Source: a virus
Virus record (IMG/VR): IMGVR_UViG_3300032304_000700
Location: 25,400-89,399 of that record
Length of the DNA: 64,000 nt
Reading direction: 5' to 3' (one strand)
Shown: piece after piece, positions 1 through 7,763 of the stretch
How positions within the stretch are numbered: position 1 is the stretch's first letter
How the letters are laid out: each line of letters begins with the position of its first letter
Made by a program: the position numbers and the translations under genes
The notes under the pieces: generated by a model
The model's database searches: none
The model's input: only the letters and a program-made list of their open reading frames with translations
Told to the model about the DNA's origin: nothing

Positions 1-1051
1 AGTTTGTTCTATCCAAAGTTTCAATCACTTTCACTTTTTGTTCGTTAGTCATGTTGTGAGCTCTGAATAATTTATTAGCGAATAATAACTTAGCGTTTAA
101 TAAGTTTACTTCGTTAATAGTTTTTTGTAAAGATTTGATAGTAGAATATGCTTCTTCAAGTTCTTTCTCTTTTTCGTCATCTTTAGATTCTTCAGCTTCG
201 TTTGTTAAGTCAGCTTCCATTTCTTTTAAGATTTCTTCTAAATCGATAACTTCATCCAAATCATCTTCTTTTTTATCATCTTCTTTAGCTTCTTCGTTAG
301 TAGCTTCTTTTTCTTCGGTTTCGTCTTTAGCTTCTTCAACTTTTTCTTCTTTTTCAGTTTCTTCAGCTTCGTACATAGATTCTTCGTTTTCGTCAGAATC
401 TTCACCTTCTAATTGTCTTTCTAACTCTTTTATGATAGAGTCTAAGTCCATATCATCTTCTGACATTTGGTCATCGGAATCCATATCCATAGAATCATCT
501 TCCATGTCGTGGTCAGCCATATCATGGTCACCATCGTTATCCAAATCACCTTCTTCAGGTGTAATTGAATCCATAGAATCTTCTTCAGAATCATCACCAC
601 CTTCTAATTCTGCAATTCTAGCTTTCAATTCTGCAATTTCTGCATCTTTGTCATCACCAGCCATAGCATCATCAGCAAATGGGTTTTCTTCTTCAGAAAT
701 GTCTGCTACTTTCTTATAGTCAGTACCAGCTTGTTCAGGTTTACCAGCATCTTTCTTTACACCAACTGATAAATCAGTCATTGCATCTAAAATTGGGTTT
801 GAACCTGGAGTCTCAGCGTATCCAGCGTCTACTTTAGACCCGATACCAGTTGAGCTTAATTCTTCGTTTGTTGTTTCTTGTTCATCATCCATATCCATTT
901 CTTCAGCTTCTGCTCTCATCTTTTGAGATAAGATAGATTGAAGTCTTGGAGTAAATGCTTCTTCAAGAGCCAACTTAGCGTTAGCTAATGCAGTTTCTTT
1001 AACGGCTTTAGCGTCAGCGATTGCTTCTTTCAATAATTTTGAATTTGCCAT
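1..1051 (-). CDS. Prohead core scaffold protein (T4 gp22-like), runs off the left edge of the window
   Basis: Not in ORF track. My translation from ATG at 1051: MANSKLLKEAIADAKAVKETALANAKLALEEAFTPRLQSILS..., a long Asp/Glu-rich middle, then ...LQKTINEVNLLNAKLLFANKLF...IETLDRT. Open to the edge, AAGGAG 8 nt upstream, lies downstream of portal and protease. Confidence 0.8.
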   Translation of the reverse strand, partial: MANSKLLKEAIADAKAVKETALANAKLALEEAFTPRLQSILSQKMRAEAEEMDMDDEQETTNEELSSTGIGSKVDAGYAETPGSNPILDAMTDLSVGVKKDAGKPEQAGTDYKKVADISEEENPFADDAMAGDDKDAEIAELKARIAELEGGDDSEEDSMDSITPEEGDLDNDGDHDMADHDMEDDSMDMDSDDQMSEDDMDLDSIIKELERQLEGEDSDENEESMYEAEETEKEEKVEEAKDETEEKEATNEEAKEDDKKEDDLDEVIDLEEILKEMEADLTNEAEESKDDEKEKELEEAYSTIKSLQKTINEVNLLNAKLLFANKLFRAHNMTNEQKVKVIETLDRTN

Positions 1052-1058
1052 CTTGTTT

Positions 1059-1066
1059 TCTCCTTA
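1059..1066 (-). promoter_or_regulatory. Shine-Dalgarno site (TAAGGAG) of scaffold gene
   Basis: Minus strand reads taaggagaaaacaagATG. Confidence 0.7.
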
Positions 1067-1220
1067 AATTTTGTTGTGAAGTTATTCTTGTAGGGAACTC
1101 CAATGTAATTATGTTGATTGTTCGGTCACACCTTATAGAGAAGGGTATTCATTAATCAACTATGTCTTGTAATCTCATAATAAAAAATGAGATATTTAGT
1201 AATATATATGTAAATTTTTT

Positions 1221-1239
1221 AGAAAACTAAAGAAAACTA
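1221..1239. repeat. Tandem AGAAAACTA repeat, putative operator
   Basis: agaaaactaa agaaaacta with 10-bp period; the 17-mer AAAACTAAAGAAAACTA (1223-1239) recurs exactly at 36542-36558. Confidence 0.6.
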
Positions 1240-1416
1240 TTAAAATAGTTTGTTTTTTCTTATAGTTTCTTGCCTTTCTATCCTTTTTCTTTTGGAAGGT
1301 TTAATAAAATTCTTCCTTTCTCTAAGTTCTTCTATTTGTTTTATGGACTGAACTCTCTTTTTGTAATCTTTTATTGCCCACTCTATGTTTCCACCTTTAA
1401 CACTAACTATTAACAT
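1240..1416 (-). CDS. rpsU: Phage-encoded 30S ribosomal protein bS21 (58 aa)
   Basis: Shorter than anything in the ORF track. Translation MLIVSVKGGNIEWAIKDYKKRVQSIKQIEELRERKNFIKPSKRKRIERQETIRKNKLF shows the bS21 pattern N-I-E-x-A-I-K..K-(K/R) ... E-L-R-x-R-x-x-F-x-K-P-S-x-x-K-R. Confidence 0.9.
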   Translation of the reverse strand: MLIVSVKGGNIEWAIKDYKKRVQSIKQIEELRERKNFIKPSKRKRIERQETIRKNKLF

Positions 1417-1418
1417 CC

Positions 1419-1790
1419 TTATTGTAAATTAACCAATTTGTATTTTGTTGAGTATAATAAAGTTACAACTGTATCTATGTCGTTTTGTAACCAACTCATT
1501 TGTAATTTTTCGTCTTGTCTTAACTTTGCAACTGCTGCAATCAATTTATCAAAATATGCAACTACATTTTTAATGTCATTGTTTGTATCTAATCCACTTA
1601 CTGCTTGTAATTTGATTAAACCATATTGTCCTTGATATGCTTCAACTAATCCGTCTACTATTCCACCAATTGAGTCGTAATAATTTCCCAATGCTAAATG
1701 TGCAGATAATGAACCAACACCTCTCTGTCCTAAATGAAATGAATGTGCCTGCGTTCTACTATGTAATAATAATGATGCTAGTTGTTCCAA
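1419..1790 (-). CDS. Dps/ferritin-like four-helix protein (DUF5856-like)
   Basis: QAHSFH, HLALGNYYD...DGLVEAYQG, and C-terminal KYKL pattern typical of phage Dps-like proteins; TTG start. Confidence 0.65.
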   Translation of the reverse strand: MEQLASLLLHSRTQAHSFHLGQRGVGSLSAHLALGNYYDSIGGIVDGLVEAYQGQYGLIKLQAVSGLDTNNDIKNVVAYFDKLIAAVAKLRQDEKLQMSWLQNDIDTVVTLLYSTKYKLVNLQ

Positions 1791-1800
1791 TTTATTTCTT

Positions 1801-2211
1801 TTATTTTATTCCCAATCTTTCTTTCATAACATCTTCAGAAATGTCTGCAATTTCAAAATATCTACCCAATACATTTCCCATATCTTCATAAAGTGCTTCC
1901 AATCTTTGTTGTTGTTGAGATGCTTCTTTAGCTTCTTTTTCAAATGCACCTTGTAGTTTTTTCAATTCACCCATATTTCTTTTAATAGTGACTCTATCAA
2001 ACCAATCATCACCTTCTCTCAAAGTGTATTCTTGTGCAGCATCTGCAATTGCTCCCAATGTTTCTGCAACCTGTCTAATGTCAGATTTTCTACTTATTCC
2101 TTCTCTATGTTGACCATATGTTGAAATGATTTCCAAAAAATGCTTCTTTAAGTTTGAAGGCAATTTTTGAAATTCTTCATTTTCTTTCATTAAATCTTTT
2201 AACTTTATCAT
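1801..2211 (-). CDS. Hypothetical head-associated helical protein
   Basis: ORF track; N-terminal MIKLKDLMKE amphipathic leader; sits in the head operon. Confidence 0.6.
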   Translation of the reverse strand: MIKLKDLMKENEEFQKLPSNLKKHFLEIISTYGQHREGISRKSDIRQVAETLGAIADAAQEYTLREGDDWFDRVTIKRNMGELKKLQGAFEKEAKEASQQQQRLEALYEDMGNVLGRYFEIADISEDVMKERLGIK

Positions 2212-2215
2212 CTTA

Positions 2216-2806
2216 TTAGTTTAATTCTATTATAATTTCTCTCATTAAATCTTGTGACTTACACCACTTACCACATTCCTCTGCTACTTTTGCCCATTGT
2301 TTACTTTCGTTCATAGGAGCCATAAATGCACCATGTGTTGATGGGTTTGATACAAAGTCCCATCCAACTAATTCAAAGTCTTCCTGAACCATTACAGTAC
2401 CATCTCTAAGTTCTTTTACCGAACCCAATCCTCTACTACTAATACCTAGACGGATATTATTTTTCAATAATTCTTTTAAGATATTACCAGATGGAGTTGA
2501 TAGTATTTCTACTACACCACACACATCATCACCTTCCCAAAAAATTTCTCTAATATTATGAGAAACATTTTTTAAGTTAATAACAGGAGAATCTGGATGG
2601 TCTAATTCACCCAATGCTCTTCTTTCTTTGATAAGTTGTTCGTATTTCTTACATTCTCTTTCTAAGATTTCTTTAGGATATCTTCTATGATTTTGATTTG
2701 GTGCACCTGCTCTTTGTAGGATTCCCTTAACCAAATAAGTTCCATTGTCTTCTTGTTGAAGTTTTGCTTCAAACAAATGGGTTTCTATCAATAATCCTTT
2801 ATTCAT
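2216..2806 (-). CDS. Prohead core protease (T4 gp21-like)
   Basis: N.N.R.YP, ALGELDHP, VSH, TPSG, GISSRGLGS, DFVSNPSTHGA motifs. Confidence 0.95.
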   Translation of the reverse strand: MNKGLLIETHLFEAKLQQEDNGTYLVKGILQRAGAPNQNHRRYPKEILERECKKYEQLIKERRALGELDHPDSPVINLKNVSHNIREIFWEGDDVCGVVEILSTPSGNILKELLKNNIRLGISSRGLGSVKELRDGTVMVQEDFELVGWDFVSNPSTHGAFMAPMNESKQWAKVAEECGKWCKSQDLMREIIIELN

Positions 2807-3111
2807 TATTTCTTATTTCTCAATGTTTCTAAATCAGAAGCTTCAATTTCACCATCACCATCGGTATCTAACTTATCTTGATTTCCAACCAATTCTTCTG
2901 GTAAGTTTGATAATCTACCTTCGTTCTTAGCTTTGTATGCTTTATCTACTGCAGTAAAGAACTTAGATTTTTGATTTGCGTCCATATCTTTTAAAGACTT
3001 ATGTGTTCTTTTCAACATATGTCTAAAAAGTTTTTCGTAGTCATCTTTGGACTCATCTAATACTTCTCTAACTACATTTCTTAATTGTTCTAAATTCATT
3101 TTATTGTGCAA
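2806..3111 (-). CDS. Small head protein with EF-hand-like loop
   Basis: C-terminal DTDGDGEIEASD; the real start may be the second Met (MNLEQL). Confidence 0.55.
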   Translation of the reverse strand: MHNKMNLEQLRNVVREVLDESKDDYEKLFRHMLKRTHKSLKDMDANQKSKFFTAVDKAYKAKNEGRLSNLPEELVGNQDKLDTDGDGEIEASDLETLRNKK

Positions 3112-3685
3112 TTTTTCTGATTTGTTGTTCTAATTTAAGTAATCTCTCTTTTATAGTATAAATATGTTTATTTGTCCTTTTCCAGAAATTTTGATTACTC
3201 ACACCATTTTCTTGCTTTATTCTACCATACCACCCCATAAATTTTTCAATTTCTGCAAGTTGTTTGTTGATATTTGAAATCCCTTTATTAACTTTTATAT
3301 AAGCTGGTGAATCTTCTTTTTTCAATTCTATCCAACGATTCTCATTAACTACACTATATCCGGTTAACTTTGCAGCTTTTTTTGCACTTTTTTTATCACT
3401 ACCTTTCTTACCAAATGCATTAGGAATTTCATATCCTTGCACATTACCTGTAACATTCATTTCATCAACCATACCCCTAATTATTTCTTTAAGTTTATCG
3501 ATTGATTCCGATTTTACTTTATTTGGCAATCCTTTATGTTTAGTTGATGCAAAGTCTTTTGCAGATTTGTCATCGATATCCTCTGCAGCTTTTGCAACTT
3601 CAGGAGAAGGTGCATCCATATCACCTTTTTGTACGGCATGAACCATACCCATAAATCTTTGTTGTGCTTTACTTTTTGCTGGCAT
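3101..3685 (-). CDS. Modular head protein with N-terminal DUF3008-like domain
   Basis: MPAKSKAQQRFMG...DFASTKHKGLP.KV motif; GGAG 6 nt upstream of ATG. Confidence 0.65.
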   Translation of the reverse strand: MPAKSKAQQRFMGMVHAVQKGDMDAPSPEVAKAAEDIDDKSAKDFASTKHKGLPNKVKSESIDKLKEIIRGMVDEMNVTGNVQGYEIPNAFGKKGSDKKSAKKAAKLTGYSVVNENRWIELKKEDSPAYIKVNKGISNINKQLAEIEKFMGWYGRIKQENGVSNQNFWKRTNKHIYTIKERLLKLEQQIRKIAQ

Positions 3686-3704
3686 ATTATTCTCCGTTTA
3701 AATT

Positions 3705-3977
3705 TTATGATAATAGATATGCCGAACCTGCCGTTACGGTAATACTTCTTACATGCATTGGTATTGGTTCTCCAACTGATAAATGTTCCAATTTAATTGT
3801 AGAACGATTGCTTGTTTGAGATATTGAACCACTATAATTTCCATCAACAACACCTTCTAAAACAACTGATCCAGATGTTATTCCATTTTTGGAAACCATA
3901 ACACCCCATGCATTTGTTAAAGAACCAGATTGTCCTGTGGTATATTCTTTTGCGTTATAAATTCTATAATTTACCAT
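3705..3977 (-). CDS. Hypothetical beta-rich virion protein
   Basis: ORF track, co-oriented in head operon, Ser/Thr/Gly-rich. Confidence 0.55.
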   Translation of the reverse strand: MVNYRIYNAKEYTTGQSGSLTNAWGVMVSKNGITSGSVVLEGVVDGNYSGSISQTSNRSTIKLEHLSVGEPIPMHVRSITVTAGSAYLLS

Positions 3978-3980
3978 TTT

Positions 3981-4856
3981 TTATTTTTTTATTGATTCTT
4001 TTAATTCACTTAATAATTCATAAGTCATCATCATTGCGGAAAGGTGTTGTTCTTTAATCTTTTTTACAGACTTAATCTTTTTAACATTTGCAATTGTTTC
4101 TGTTAGTTTGATTTTAGTTACTTTATCATTAATCTTAGAACCAACTTCTTTCAATGAATCTACTAATTTAGAAACTTCATTATTAACATATTCACTTAAT
4201 TTACCAGTATTGTTGATGTTATTTATATATTCTCTCAATAATGATTTTTGTTCAGATGTAAGACTTTTGTATTTGTTATTAAAAGATTCTACTAATAATT
4301 TGTATGATACTGCTCTTAAATCTTCGTCTTGTTTTCTATATTCTTCTAAAACTGCATCTTTTACCTTTACATCTTTATTTTGAATAGATGAATTGATAAT
4401 GTTTTCTGCAATAGTAAATCTAGATGAAACTATATCCGTTGGGTCAAATGATTCTTCAGATGTAACGGTTTCAAATATCTTATAAATAGATGCAAGAGTT
4501 TTGTAGTTTGATATTGGAGATTTAATAAACTCATCTAAATTATAAGTTTCCTTAATTTCTTTAATAAGGTTATACTTTTCTTTTGTAAGTTTTTTCTCGT
4601 CAATCTTTTTACGAGCTTCCAATATCGTATTGATAAATTGTTCAGCCTTTGATTCCGAATTATATTTTTCGTTAATCAAATATTGATATAACTTTAGTTC
4701 TTTAGATAATTCTTTTTTAGAATTAAAATGTTCTTTTAAAATTTTTTCTGCTACTGATTTATTTGCAGACATGATTTCAGACGTAATTTGTCTTACTAAC
4801 AATTCAAATATGAATCCAGTATTTTTAAATTTAGAATGCTTTATTTTTTTCATCAA
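3981..4856 (-). CDS. Hypothetical helical protein downstream of portal
   Basis: 291 aa ORF preceded by ATATTTATA motif; KHSKFKNTG N-terminus. Confidence 0.7.
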   Translation of the reverse strand: MMKKIKHSKFKNTGFIFELLVRQITSEIMSANKSVAEKILKEHFNSKKELSKELKLYQYLINEKYNSESKAEQFINTILEARKKIDEKKLTKEKYNLIKEIKETYNLDEFIKSPISNYKTLASIYKIFETVTSEESFDPTDIVSSRFTIAENIINSSIQNKDVKVKDAVLEEYRKQDEDLRAVSYKLLVESFNNKYKSLTSEQKSLLREYINNINNTGKLSEYVNNEVSKLVDSLKEVGSKINDKVTKIKLTETIANVKKIKSVKKIKEQHLSAMMMTYELLSELKESIKK

Positions 4857-4874
4857 TTGATATTATTTATCAGA

Positions 4875-4883
4875 TATAAATAT
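4875..4883 (-). promoter_or_regulatory. Putative late promoter ATATTTATA
   Basis: Recurrent intergenic 9-mer on the coding strand just upstream of a start codon. Confidence 0.65.
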
Positions 4884-4903
4884 GTTTTTATATTAGTTTA
4901 TTA

Positions 4904-6646
4904 CTATTTATCCAAATTCTCTGTTAGAATTGTTTTTTTATTACCATTCATATCTTTAAAAACTTCTAAATATGATATTTTTCTTGGTTTGTATGGTATT
5001 GAGCCTTCTTTTGATTTAAGTGTTTTAATACCTAATGGGTCTCTACCAGCAATGTGGTCATCTTTACCATATCTAACTGTGTCTTTTGGTCTACCGATTT
5101 TACTTTCACTTTCTAATTCGGAATTTATAGAATTAATCTCTTCCTCTACATCGGTAGGGCCTTCTGTACCTGTTGGTTTTGCCGGGTCCATTCCCTGAGT
5201 TTCAATTGAGTTTAATCTAAATGATTGTTTAGTATCCTCTAATACTTGCATTGCCATTTTCTCTTGTTCGTCTTTGGCCATATTTAAAATAGTCTCATAC
5301 ATCCATTCTTTTGAAACCATCTTAGTTTGTTGCATTTGTTGAATCAATGCAACTTTGGAAGTATATAACTCAACTTTTTCTTGTTCATATATTTTAGATG
5401 GGATTGTCAATTCTAATGTAAAGTTTGTCAATCTATCATCATCAATTCCTTGTGCATATAAGTGAACAATTGCAATCTTTGTTAATTCCGAAACTATTAC
5501 TCTTTGTATTCTTTCAATAGTTTTTGCAAATCTAACATCCATTGCGGCAAGTGTTGCCTTACCATTTGTGTCCTCTTCATATCCTAAATATGCTTTTGGA
5601 ATTTGTAATGCTGCCATAAACTTATTTTTCAAATAGTTAATGTCATCAATCATATTATATTCCAATCCTTTCAAAGTATCAATTGAAGTTCCATTATCAC
5701 TACCACGAACTGGCATGTAATAATCTTCAATTAAGTTTTGCATATTATATTTTAAGTTATACTCACCAGTTCTTTCATCGACAAATGGAACTTTTTTAGA
5801 TGAGTTAATAATTTTCTGCATGTAGTTATCCACTTCATTTGGTGGAATATTACCAACATCTACTTTAAAGATTCTCTTTTCAGGGGCTCTCATTACTCTG
5901 TGGATTAACATAGCGTCTTCCATCAATTGCAATTGTTTCCAAACTCTTCTACCACCTTCAATCATAGATTTTCCGTAAGGTAAGAAATTTGAGTCACCAT
6001 TTAATCTAAAATGAGCTATTTCATAATTCTCATATTCTTTCTTAGGTGTAGATGATGGTCCTGAATATGGGTTTTGGTATGGTGCGTATACAAATTTAAC
6101 TCTTTGTGGGTTGTTTGGGTCAAATCCTTCAACTCTACTCATTTCGTATGTTGATAGTGGCAATACATTAACAATTCCTAAGTTTTCTGCCATTTCTAAT
6201 TGTAAATAAAAATCACCATACTTAACCAAATTTCTTGCCCATGGCCATAAATTAAATTCTATATTAAGAATATCGTAAAATAGATTTTCTAATATTTGTT
6301 TAATTTCTGCATCTTCGTGATGTATTTTTAAAACATTTCCAAATTCATTTCTAGCAGTACATTCATCTGCATATACATTCAATGCAGCAGATAAAATTGG
6401 GTCACTATCCATTGAATCGTAATCTCTAAACAAATCAATTCTAACTTGTTGATATGCTAATGATGATTCTACGGTACCGGATGCGTAGTTACTAACCTTC
6501 AACTTCATAAATCTGTCTACTAGATTCGTAGTCATGTTTTGATACTCATCGGTATCAATAACTTTAATACCTCTCTCCGTTTTACGGACAATAGTATTTG
6601 TTGAAAATAATTTTTGTAACCTACTAAATATTGTTTTTTCTGCCAT
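4904..6646 (-). CDS. Portal vertex protein (T4 gp20-like)
   Basis: QL.LMEDAMLIHRVMRAPEKRIFKVDVGN, EDYYMPVRG...GTSIDTLKG, AL.IP motifs. Confidence 0.95.
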   Translation of the reverse strand: MAEKTIFSRLQKLFSTNTIVRKTERGIKVIDTDEYQNMTTNLVDRFMKLKVSNYASGTVESSLAYQQVRIDLFRDYDSMDSDPILSAALNVYADECTARNEFGNVLKIHHEDAEIKQILENLFYDILNIEFNLWPWARNLVKYGDFYLQLEMAENLGIVNVLPLSTYEMSRVEGFDPNNPQRVKFVYAPYQNPYSGPSSTPKKEYENYEIAHFRLNGDSNFLPYGKSMIEGGRRVWKQLQLMEDAMLIHRVMRAPEKRIFKVDVGNIPPNEVDNYMQKIINSSKKVPFVDERTGEYNLKYNMQNLIEDYYMPVRGSDNGTSIDTLKGLEYNMIDDINYLKNKFMAALQIPKAYLGYEEDTNGKATLAAMDVRFAKTIERIQRVIVSELTKIAIVHLYAQGIDDDRLTNFTLELTIPSKIYEQEKVELYTSKVALIQQMQQTKMVSKEWMYETILNMAKDEQEKMAMQVLEDTKQSFRLNSIETQGMDPAKPTGTEGPTDVEEEINSINSELESESKIGRPKDTVRYGKDDHIAGRDPLGIKTLKSKEGSIPYKPRKISYLEVFKDMNGNKKTILTENLDK

Positions 6647-6667
6647 TTTGATATAATTCTATTTTTT

Positions 6668-6699
6668 TAAATATATGGAAAATTTTTGGTTTTTCCAAA
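6668..6699 (-). promoter_or_regulatory. Bacteroidota-type promoter TTTG-N20-TATATTTA upstream of portal
   Basis: Minus strand TTTG gaaaaaccaaaaattttcca TATATTTA; the same spacing occurs at 28807-28838 and 40822-40853. Confidence 0.6.
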
Positions 6700-6701
6700 T
6701 A

Positions 6702-7730
6702 TTACCACTTTCTACAACTCCAATATCTTGCCTTATGTCTTGGTCCTGGAGTATCACAATTATGTCTAGCTCTAAACGACTTTCTCGCCTTTGGGTTAGA
6801 TTTTCTTATTTTCATTGTTTTTTCACCCTTAGACGCTGCCGATGTTCCACCATGTCCAAAATTTACTTTAACAACATTACCTGCTGGATTTTTTACATAA
6901 ACTTTAAATTTCTTAACATCACCTCTCATTGGTTTTCCTAAAGGAACATTTCTACCTTGATACTCTGCTTCAGTCATACATTCACATGTTGCCTCAGATA
7001 GTTCTGTATTATATTCTCTTATAAATTTAATAAAGTCTTTGAAATCATCATAGTTGTCTACATCATATTCCTCTGGTTCTACTTTACCATAATTTACATC
7101 ATCAGAATTTATATCTTCATAAAATTCTTCTTTTGTTAAAACTACTGCAGTTGTATAATTATCTTCAATCTCTTTTATAGGAACACAATTTGGTACCATT
7201 TTACCATTTTTCATTTTACCACCCACTTCTTTATATCCATCCCAACACTCACATAATGCATTAGATTCTCCCTCATTACATTTTTTCCAGCCACCACCTT
7301 TACTTTTGTAGTTTTTTGCTGCCCATCCGTTTGCGTATGCAGATGGATAAACATCAAATTTAGATTTTGCAGCTGATTTACTTGCAGACCATTTAGCCGG
7401 GTCAGTTGGACAATTCTTTTCTAAAAATAAATTTACTTTTTCTTCTATGTTCATAGTTTCATTTTTTGGTTTTGTTGAAACATATATTGGTTTTTTACCT
7501 TGTCCACTACTATCTTTACCACCTCTACCTGCTTTATTTTGTGCAGCTCTTTTTCTACGAGTTGCACTTTCTTTTTCTTTTTTACTCATTCCGGCTGCTT
7601 TTGCTGCAGGAACACATTTAGCATATCCTTTCTTTTCTCCCGAAGTTCCACATGGTGGATGTTTGCCATCAACTTTTTTGCCGATGTTTACCCATTTTTC
7701 TTTAAACCACTTATTTAAATCTTCGTTCAT
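6702..7730 (-). CDS. Modular basic head/internal protein (several small Cys/Trp/Lys-rich domains)
   Basis: Modules DLNKWFKEKWV..CG, KFDVYPSAYANGWA..YK..GGGW, CWDGY..G.K.K..KMVPNCVP, AEYQGR.V.L.KP...KFKVYV...SFRARHNC...ARYWSCRKW. Confidence 0.7.
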   Translation of the reverse strand: MNEDLNKWFKEKWVNIGKKVDGKHPPCGTSGEKKGYAKCVPAAKAAGMSKKEKESATRRKRAAQNKAGRGGKDSSGQGKKPIYVSTKPKNETMNIEEKVNLFLEKNCPTDPAKWSASKSAAKSKFDVYPSAYANGWAAKNYKSKGGGWKKCNEGESNALCECWDGYKEVGGKMKNGKMVPNCVPIKEIEDNYTTAVVLTKEEFYEDINSDDVNYGKVEPEEYDVDNYDDFKDFIKFIREYNTELSEATCECMTEAEYQGRNVPLGKPMRGDVKKFKVYVKNPAGNVVKVNFGHGGTSAASKGEKTMKIRKSNPKARKSFRARHNCDTPGPRHKARYWSCRKW

Positions 7731-7747
7731 CTATAATAGTTTCAACA

Positions 7748-7756
7748 TATAAATAT
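7748..7756 (-). promoter_or_regulatory. Putative late promoter ATATTTATA
   Basis: Exact motif 17 nt upstream of ATG at 7730. Confidence 0.65.
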
Positions 7757-7763
7757 AAAAAAA

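Noticed and set aside
135-719. Ser-rich 194 aa plus-strand ORF
   Set aside because: Antisense shadow of the Glu/Asp-rich scaffold gene (GAA/GAT codons read as Ser/Phe/Ile on the other strand).
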